From: Bigelowiella natans CCMP2755
Taxonomy: Eukaryota > Protista > Cercozoa
Length of the DNA: 64,000 nt
Reading direction: 5' to 3'
NCBI GenBank assembly: GCA_000320545.1
Contig: ADNK01002633.1
Location: 22,609 to 86,608, forward strand
Shown here piece after piece: positions 55,661 through 64,000 of the stretch. The first letter of the stretch is position 1. The number at the start of each line of letters is the position of its first letter. A program made the translations under genes and the position numbers. A model generated the notes under the pieces. The model saw only the letters and a program-made list of their open reading frames with translations. It ran no database searches and was not told the DNA's origin.

Positions 55661-56263
55661 CTCAAGTATCTTCGCTCGATTGGGAAGCGGCTTCCTGCTA
55701 ACAATTAGTAGTTTTCTGTGAGAACAGCAAGCTTGCCAAGGATTGAAAAACTAAAAACGAATACGTTGCACCTACATACACCAATAGGGCCGCGCGTGCA
55801 CACGCCCTTGACACACGCATACGCCACGCAGCGCACACCTTGAGTGTTCAACTCGTAGATCTATCGGTAGATTGAAAGCTGTGAGAGGCGGCGGCAGTGG
55901 GACTACCTACTTCGTATTGTTAGTCGCATTTCCCTTTTTGCCCAAAATTGCCTTGTCGCTGTCCTAAATTCCCGTGCATTCTTTCAACTTAAACTTGATG
56001 AAACGGTACGATGTGCTTTGCTCGAACCAGAACCCCATGTACGACCAGATCTACTACACCGTGTCGCTCGAACCAAAACACCAAAATTCGAGCTTGTCGC
56101 TCATCAAAAACAGCATTATTCTGAGCCGATCCCGCGTAGGAGAGCAATGATCATGATAGAGAATATTTTTGCTAAATAGCCTATAAATTATTGTTACGAC
56201 AACGAATCCAACAGTTTTCTTCTTATTTTATAATTGAAAACAAAATCTTCGGCCATAGAAGCT

Positions 56264-56892
56264 ATGGAGGCTGGGGAGATAAAGGACCTTGTTGCTTCGT
56301 GGGTGCGCTACAACGATAGTGAAGAAGAAGATCTGGATGAGAGTCAATCATATGAGGCAAGACCAGAACGTCTTGGGTTAGGAGCTAAGCCGCAGGGCCG
56401 CAAGAAAACAGAGGTAATAACACGATGTGTTTGTGTACTCACATTTCGATAGTAACTATTACTCATATTTCACGTTGAAAAGGAAGAGGACATGCTTGAT
56501 CGAAGAATTGCAGGTTGAATTTTTCAATGTCATATTTTTCCTCCCGGATAATTCGTTATTGTACGCGTACCGTTCAGGACGACTGCTAAAGCGAAGGAGA
56601 GACGATGGAGAGAAGGTACACCATGACTATTCACACGCATTCATTAGTAAAATTGACATCCTCTCTGATGATATTAATTTTCTCCGGTAACTGGAATCGT
56701 TTGTTTGGTGGTTGTTTTCAGGTGGAACTACCTGCGAAAGGTCTTAAGAAATCCCCATGTGTCACATAACGCGCTTTGGTCCTCTTGAAAACGACATATA
56801 ACGTCATTGTGTAGACGACGAGGAAGAAGAAGAGGTCAGCAAATTCGATGTCATTGCTAAGGTAAAGCATTTCGTATGAAAATCATTTTTAC

Positions 56893-56952
<60 letters not shown>

Positions 56953-56998
56953 TCTCTCCCTCTCTCTCTCTCTCTGTCGTCGAACACGCACGCACGCA

Positions 56999-57039
<41 letters not shown>

Positions 57040-57557
57040 GAGCCCACGCGGCCACAAGGAAAAGAGTTGTTACATATAGAGCAGCAGAAATTCAACAGAT
57101 CTTTCTTGCAGCAGCTTTGGAATTTCACACTCATCTTGAACCTCATGCTCTATTCCACTGTGAATGTCAGCGGGCGGTCACCGTCTCACTCAACGCCGAC
57201 ATCAACGAGAAAGCTACGACAAAGAAAAGGAAGCCACCCAGGGGAGGATTTGAAGAATTCATGAACCAAGTGCGACAGAATTCAAAAAAATATCGTGTTG
57301 TTCAGCGTCCAATTCATCACAATTTGGTGCACAATTCTTTGAAATTGCAAAACGTTTCTCTTTTTGCAGATGCGATGCATCAACTGATGCCATTGGGCCT
57401 CAATTTGTGATTGTTTTTTTTCCATCGAAATCGTCAGATGCACGCTGAAAGAGAAAAAAAAGCTGCAAAGCGGAGGAAAAAGAGAAAGAAGAAGAAAAAA
57501 AAATCAAAGGGTTCAATGAACGATGCAGCTGCTATTATTGCTTCTGAAGAAAAGTGA
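56264..57557 (+). CDS. Small basic protein with RPERLGLGA motif and Lys-rich C-terminus (DUF3245-like, probably nuclear/nucleolar)
   Basis: MEAGEIKDLVASWVRY...YEARPERLGLGAKP...DDEEEEEVSKFDVI...KRRKKRKKKKKKSK...*; multiple GT-AG exons. The family name is from recalled motif similarity. Confidence 0.65.
56897..57036. repeat. Compound (TC)n...(CA)n intronic microsatellite
   Basis: Directly visible. Confidence 0.95.
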
Positions 57558-57745
57558 AGATTTTTCGTGCTGGCTTCTAGTGACTAGGTGTCTCTGTGCA
57601 TGCGTGGTGCTGCATTGTGGTTATAAAGATTTAGCTTTGGACAGGTTTTTATGCAGAAACACGTGACTCGTTTGCAAACTTATGCGTTGCACGTGTCATC
57701 GCATCAGCGCCATTTGCACACTATAGAACACTCAGCTATAGTATG

Positions 57746-58590
57746 TTCAGACTTGCGGGTGCACGTCCAGACGTGCCAGCGTGCGTGACATACGTGCACT
57801 TCGCCGCGTGACAGGTGAGAGTGGACACAACACAGCTAGACAGTCGCACACGCATCTAGGCATGCTCGCAACGCTCCATGACGTTGCTGCGTGATTTTTT
57901 GCTCGTCTTTCACAGCTAACTCTACATGGCAGCAAGCTGGCCACGTGCGTCCAGCGTCCAGACATGTTTTTTGTGCACACGTGCTAGGCGTGCTCTGGTC
58001 TCTGCTGCAGGCTGTGTGTGGTGCTGGGTCTGGTGGTGCTGGCTCAGCTGGTGCGCAGCACACCAGCATGCGTGTACGCACGGCCAGGGGACCACAACAA
58101 CGTGACAAAGTCGTGTTTCGAGTTTCGAGTCATCACGTCCAGACGTGGTTGGATTGGTCGATGCGCTGCTAGGCTGGCTAGCTGGGCGAGACGACGTGAT
58201 CGATGCGTGAGTGCTCGACGCGTGCGCTGGTGCGGCAATGCGCTGTGTGTGTGTGCGTGTGCCCCCACCCAGCCACGACTGCACGAACACGTGTGGCCCA
58301 AAGCTACCACACGCACATCGCAACACGTTCTCTCAGCTCAACATCCAAACTCATTGCCAGCTAGCTCCAGAGCTCGATCGATTTCCACACGCCCGCCCAC
58401 GCCTAGACGCGTGAATTGTTCAGCTGGTGGCTTTTCTTGAAAAGCAAAGCCAGGGCCGAACAAATGGGAGTGTGTGGTGTCAGTGGTGTTCAGCCGAAAT
58501 TCAATGAGAATTGAATTGACATTCGTGCTGAGCATGTCGCACGTCGGCCACGCTCACCGCGCAGAAGAAATGCCCAATTTGGATCCGCAA
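57746..58590. other. TpA-depleted, CpG-retaining intergenic island (probable degenerated repeat)
   Basis: Manual count of about 12 TA dinucleotides in 845 nt, 7 of them in CTAG; rich in GCAC/GTGC/ACGT/CATG; the 14-mer CACGTCCAGACGTG occurs twice. Confidence 0.6.
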
Positions 58591-58766
58591 AACTTAGGAT
58601 GGAGAATCATCTTGTTGGCATCTTGCGACATGGAAATGGACAGAAAAGAAAGGAAAAACGCCTGCTTTCAAGTTTTTCCGGTTAGTCCTCTGAATGGTCC
58701 TGTGTCTCAAAAAGATCCTTCGTGTTTCTGCAACGATCGCGTCGGGCTCGCACGGAGCTGGCTACG

Positions 58767-58905
58767 ATGAACCTCACGGTGCTCATGGGGTTGGTTTTCG
58801 TCAGCCCCATTGCACCAATCCACGCAAATGGTGTGCGAAGGCATCCGAATGGCGCCATGTCAAGTAATGCGAAATCTCGAGTTGCCCTGCGTTCATTTCG
58901 ATACA

Positions 58906-58948
<43 letters not shown>

Positions 58949-59365
58949 GCGTGTGTGTGTGTGTATGTGTGTTTGTGTGTGTGTGTGTGTCCTTTCCAAT
59001 ACGTTCACATTTATTTGTAGACGGCATATTCACGCGGAAGTCTTCAGCGCTGCGGACCGGATGTAATTGGGGACGGGAAGGAATGCTGGGCGATCGAAGC
59101 CCAGCCACGATGGTTCACGATTTCTAACTTTTCCCTTGTCAATCATTTGATTGTCCTAAGATCGATAAGTAATATGCGCATGCATCTAAGGCCAGTAACA
59201 AGGAGTTGCGCAAAGCCAAGCTCATTCAGAGGCAGTAGCTTGCAATCACAAACACGCACGCACACATGCACACAGGGAGAGCGAGGGCGGAGAAAGAGAG
59301 AGAGAATCACAAACACGCACGCACTCATGCACACAGAGAGAGCGAGGCCGGAGAAAGAGGGAGAG

Positions 59366-59408
<43 letters not shown>

Positions 59409-59839
59409 ATCTTACATTAACGGACATTGGTTTCCCTGATCTGGTATATAAATTCGAGCCATGGCAGCACCGTTGTCACACACCTCCATAAGCGCATGCA
59501 CTTCACCCCAACAGCCAGTCTCCTCGTGTAGCTCACGCTTCGCTAATGATACTGTGGTTTTGGCAGGGCGAGTAATGGAAAGAATGAAATAAGTGCAACT
59601 GCACCTAGCGCCGTCTATGGTGGCCTTGGAATCGTTGCAAATCCCGTGGTCTGGTGGTCTCTATATTCCGTCTCTGAGACAGGTTCTCGGTGGATGTTTT
59701 TGTTGAAATGATTTGAACGCGGCTATTAAAAACGAATCTTGATGCTCGGAGATGGCTTGGCTAGATCGCTTCATGGCATGATGGCATGTGCTTGGCCTGG
59801 GTGGTCATCTTTTTAAGTTGGTTTATGTGGAGAAGAAGA

Positions 59840-59879
<40 letters not shown>

Positions 59880-60494
59880 GATGGGGGGGGTGGGGAGACT
59901 GGGAGGGAGAGGTTGGAACGGGGCGTTTAGTATTGAAAGGTAAAATAGAGTGCAACGCTTCGGACGCAAGTATGACCTTCATTCGAATGGATGTGAGCAT
60001 CATAAACATACTTTTGATTCCGTTTGAAACCGCACACAGCGAAAATGTGATCACGGTGTTTTGGCATTTGCCGCACTAAAAGGTCATGGACTGCCTGCTG
60101 GTCCGTTTGGCTTGCTTGGGCTCCTTGAGGGCATGGCATACCTTGTAATCCTGGGATTCATAGTTTTTAGCATTCGGGGGAAATTCTCGTCAGGAGGTAC
60201 CGCTGCTTTTAATGCTTGCAATTCTCATCGAACGTTTGTACTCATCAGTTTGATGCCATTCCGCAAGCGTTCATCACGGTAATTAATTCGTACTGGGCTA
60301 TCCTACCAGCAGATGGCGATGGAAGACAATCACAAGGCTCTACAGGCGCGTTTGAGGCGGCCAAGAAGCTGTCGTATGTCACTTTGGCGGTGTCTTTAAT
60401 AGTGTTTGGTTCCCTATTCTTTGAACAAGGTTGCATACCGAACGCAAAGCCGATACTCGATTACTCATCTGTTCTACCAGTGTGCCCAAACTAA
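58767..60494 (+). CDS. Plastid-targeted conserved membrane protein (TG.GLP.GP.GL.G..EG family; resembles Arabidopsis At3g50685)
   Basis: Signal-peptide-like MNLTVLMGLVFVSPIAPIHA, then a basic/Ser-rich transit-like region, then GLGIVANPVVWWSLYSVSETG-HGLPAGPFGLLGLLEGMAYL...LSYVTLAVSLIVFG...GCIPNAKP. 5' exon joins unresolved. Confidence 0.75.
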
Positions 60495-60660
60495 CATATA
60501 GAACACATAGCACCTGTAGCTTGGCAATGGTTTCAACATTGGGCTGGAACGCGTGGGCTGCTCGCCCCATCCCGAATAGGTCAAACCTGTGACAAATTTC
60601 CTTAGTTGAGCAAGCGCGAGCTTTTGAAAGCGTTTCATTGAGATTTGAAGCTTCGCTCAT

Positions 60661-61380
60661 GCGCAAAAGCACGCCTAGATGATGTCATTTGTTCGCACGG
60701 CAGATCGACAGAAAAAAAAATTGTGCACATGCGGTCAGTTGATGTCTGCGCTCGCGCATTCTGGCCTTGCGCGCATTGTTAAAACACGGAACACTTGCGC
60801 ATTGTCAAAACACGGAACACCACTTCTCTAGTTCTGCATCGCAGTGCTGTATCGCATGCACATTGGCTCCAAATGTTCAAACTTCTCACAATTGTGGTCA
60901 ATAAAATGGTCCAGTGGTGCTTTTTTGGCTCTGAAAAAAGCCACCGCTTTTTAGTCGGCTCTCGCCGGTCAAAAATTGTGTTTGAAGCGCTCTGGAGCGT
61001 GTTTTTCCGTTGCGCTAGCGTTCTCGATAATGGTGCCACTCTTTGCGTTCCAGAAAGAAATGCTAGAATGGTGTCTTTCTTTGGGATACACGCACAGGGT
61101 GATGATTCTTGGTTTGCGAACACGCACCCAGATGTTGTTGTTGGTCGTTCATTTTGCTGATGTTGCCAATCAGCAACACAAACATAGCTGACATGCTGAT
61201 TCAATCTCATTTTTCGCACACGCACTGCATCTTTGTCAGTGAGCAATCGTGCTGAACTAAGCTCTTGCTGTGCCGCATGCCTGCATAACTGTCTTCAATC
61301 AGGGACAGAACACACACGGTGATTTGGAGTGCGTGAATAGATATGGCTTGCAAATGCGTTGTCAAAGATTGCTGATGGCA
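60661..61380. other. TpA-depleted intergenic island between convergent genes
   Basis: Manual count of about 15 TA in 720 nt, versus about 30 TA in the 240 nt at 61561-61800; contains a 24-nt near-tandem duplication differing by TA/CA. Confidence 0.6.
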
Positions 61381-61814
61381 AGCACCGTACTCTGGCACTA
61401 AGCACATGCAACAATGACTGATGACTGCTAATGTTGTTTAAGCTTTAATGTTGGGTGTGCTAGTGTGACTCATTTTTGCTAATTTCATTTTTCGGAGATG
61501 AGAAGGTAACATCGTAACATCAAGCTGCATGCATCAGATTCGAGCGGCATTTTCTAAGATGGATTACACGCTATCTCATGTTGCGTACATGTTGACCTTC
61601 ATGATCATTATATTATTACTGTTGTCATCATCATCATATATCCATGTTTTATTGTCGTAACAACTAAAGATATGTATGTTATGTCAAACATACAAACTAA
61701 TGCTATCATAAATAGCCAGCGAGCATTTTCGGCATGCTCAGTACTTACATAGTCGAACTTATCTGAGAGAGCAGCTTGGGTAATACTACATACTACGTAA
61801 CTTATTTCTTCGCA

Positions 61815-62804
61815 CTAAGACAGTTTTGTCATTAGAATACGAGTGCGGTATGTCGTTACAGGCTTTCCGCCTGAGCGAAGATAGTCTTCTAGTTGATCTC
61901 CTTCCGGGGTTAGAATGACATTCGAGATTAATATTGCCTGGATTGTCTCCGGCTCGCTACCAGCGACTCTTTTATACTTTACCTGGTCTTTCACTTGTTT
62001 CACTACGGGTGGACTCATTTGTGCGAGATCTGTCTGTGTCTGCCGTACCACCTCGCTTGTGATGAATACATTTTCTGCGGGCTGCTCGAAGGCGCGCTTC
62101 GTGACGAGAACTTCATACTTTTGGCCCGGATTCATCACATAATTCAGTACGTTCGGGTTCGAAGGCTCCCATCTTACATCGGTGATTGCATCGGCGACAC
62201 CATCACTACCGCTTGGAGGAGAGTACCATGTATTCGTTTCGGGGTTGAACCGTTTAGCAATGCGGGCGCTAACTGTATTTGCTCCTCTCTCTGCAATAAC
62301 ATGATCTCGATATCGGAAGTAGGTCTGGTTGAATCGCAGCAGCATCTCCGGCCTTCCAATGAATCGCTGAAGTGTTTTTACCTCTTTAAGGTTCGGCACC
62401 ATCTCTTCCCCCAGCGGCATCTGGATGTCTACGAGGTCAGAGATACAGTCCCAAGTTCCTTCGAAATAGGAGGGAAAGAAAAGGTCTGCCATGCCGTAAC
62501 CTGGAATCTTACTCGCAACATCGGAAAGTGCTCTTGGTGGCCCTGCGGCGAAAGATGGTTTAGCTTTTAATCCTATTGTAATTGCTGTCATCCCAAGAAT
62601 GTCTCTCATTCGTCGGCCAAGCTGTTCCCGCCTACGAAGCCGGAGCTTCCTGTCACGGTAATAAGGAGCATTATCTCCCCCAACTCTAATCTCGCAACCT
62701 TTTGTATTCATCATAGATTGGGGGGGCCTTGACGGTGAGCTCGCAGAAGAAGATGCGAAGAGGAGGACTATGGCAACGAGACTCTGCCACGTGCTCACCG
62801 CCAT
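61815..62804 (-). CDS. DUF6816-like plastid (probably thylakoid lumen) protein, intronless
   Basis: 329-aa ORF: ER signal peptide, Ser/Arg-rich transit, RR..ILG...PSFA lumen-type signal, then IPGYGMADLFFPSYFEGTW, VIAERGAN, W..SNPNVL and KYK motifs typical of this cyanobacterial/plant family. Confidence 0.8.
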   Translation of the reverse strand: MAVSTWQSLVAIVLLFASSSASSPSRPPQSMMNTKGCEIRVGGDNAPYYRDRKLRLRRREQLGRRMRDILGMTAITIGLKAKPSFAAGPPRALSDVASKIPGYGMADLFFPSYFEGTWDCISDLVDIQMPLGEEMVPNLKEVKTLQRFIGRPEMLLRFNQTYFRYRDHVIAERGANTVSARIAKRFNPETNTWYSPPSGSDGVADAITDVRWEPSNPNVLNYVMNPGQKYEVLVTKRAFEQPAENVFITSEVVRQTQTDLAQMSPPVVKQVKDQVKYKRVAGSEPETIQAILISNVILTPEGDQLEDYLRSGGKPVTTYRTRILMTKLS

Positions 62805-63079
62805 TCTGGTCCAAGAATTAAGGCTGCGAATCGCCGCAAATTACAGGGGATTTTGTTGCAAAAGCAACTGCCCGTAGCCTAATTTTGTGAAAATCGCAAT
62901 TTTTTTGTCGCAACCGACAAACGGCAATGAGGCAACAAATTGCTGGAAATCTTAAAAATATTTACGGTTGATTTAGTTGTCGCATGTTGTGTTTACCACC
63001 CGTTTTAAGTTTTACCGTTGTCGTCTTTCGGAAAGCCGATTGCTTCCCGGACTCCTTCCCCCCAAGAAACCCACCGCGG

Positions 63080-64000
63080 ATGGAGTGAGCACACGACGAT
63101 TTGTGACGATGCTCTTTCTCCTGTCCCCCCCCCCCCCCCCCTTCTCTGTTCTCTACACACACTCCTGCTTGCGACGGGCATCGACTGACAATCACCTTTT
63201 CTGTTTTTCATGCATTAGTGTTGGCCGGGTCACGGGCATCGTAGCGGCAATAGTCGCCTTTTATCTCCTCATGTAATGAGTCAGTAGAAGCACAATTACC
63301 TCCTTATTAACCAGCCTTTCGTCAAACCACTCGATCGCACACTTATCTATAATGTTTAGCGCCTGGCATGAAACCCAGGCCGAGGAAGGAACTCTCGTCT
63401 TGGCACCGAGAGGGCATTCCAAACATGCTGATGGTGATCTAGGCAGCGCCTTCGACGCTAACGAGGGGGGGGGCGGAGGATCCGCCCGGTGTGGCTTCGA
63501 TGGTTATGGCCTTTCGGGGGGCGATCCAACGCAAAGCGTGCTCAGAGGAGAATGGAAAAACCTTTCGGACTTCTGTTCAAAATACAGTAATTGATCTATC
63601 CTGGCTTCCTTAGCAAAGCGAATTTCTGGATCTTGTTACAGACCTGTGATGTTTGTGAGTCCCCATGATTGATAACGACGACGATGAGTGACGATGGTAG
63701 TATCACACTAACTATACATTCTTCGATTGGCTTCATTCAGACGCGAAACCGCCGTATCCTTACGGCTATTGGTGTGACAGCTACAAACTGAAGCAAAAGA
63801 ATGTTATGTTCGGTAGTGGTGAAGAACAAGAGACGAATAAAATCATTGAATGCAAGCACTTATTTCATGTTGGAGTGGAAAAGAACATTCACATGTCTAA
63901 TCTTATCCTTTACATTCCCCCTCTTCTTCACCCCCTCCCTCTCTCTCTCTCTCTCTCTCTCTACTCTACTCTCTCTCTACTATCTGCATGATAAAGGCGG
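63080..64000 (+). CDS. 5' part of a type II membrane/secreted protein running off the window end
   Basis: 5-nt first coding exon (ATGGA|gtgag), then in-phase exons giving MDVGRVTGIVAAIVAFYLLIAWHETQ...CGFDGYG...FCSKY-NAKPPYPYGYWCDSYKLKQKNVMF. Function unknown. Confidence 0.6.

Noticed and set aside
56020-56082. Short direct repeat GCTCGAACCA(G/A)AAC in a divergent promoter
   Set aside because: Only two short copies; not an array, CRISPR or recognisable transposon end.
57747-58440. Several overlapping 77-140 aa ORFs on both strands
   Set aside because: A by-product of TpA depletion removing TAA/TAG stops; Cys/His/Arg/Ala-rich with no protein-like motifs.

Overview
Eukaryotic nuclear DNA with dense introns, many micro-exons and a microsatellite in a large share of introns. 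Bipartite signal+transit leaders and homologues of green-plastid proteins suggest an alga with a secondary plastid, most plausibly a chlorarachniophyte (inference). The six-frame ORF track is largely uninformative here, so genes were rebuilt by hand-splicing GT-AG introns and checking phase. About nine genes result: (1) ~40-exon ABCG half-transporter with a Cys-rich ectodomain (2-10880, -); (2) a giant ~3,500-aa protein joining Tudor-like, coiled-coil, RGS, PPR and duplicated Cys4 modules (11672-30493, +); (3) a small hypothetical protein (-); (4) an EGF-GT8-GH13 alpha-amylase-GT61 multi-enzyme fusion (33428-46917, +); (5) an N-acylated formin (-); (6) an RLGLGA-motif basic protein; (7) a plastid membrane protein; (8) an intronless DUF6816-like thylakoid lumen protein; (9) a 3'-truncated type II membrane protein. 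Two or three intergenic islands are depleted of TpA while retaining CpG, suggesting a localized A-to-G (anti-RIP-like) mutational process. No rRNA, tRNA, CRISPR or intact transposon was recognised. All gene models are manual and need RNA-seq; domain names come from motif recognition, not database searches.
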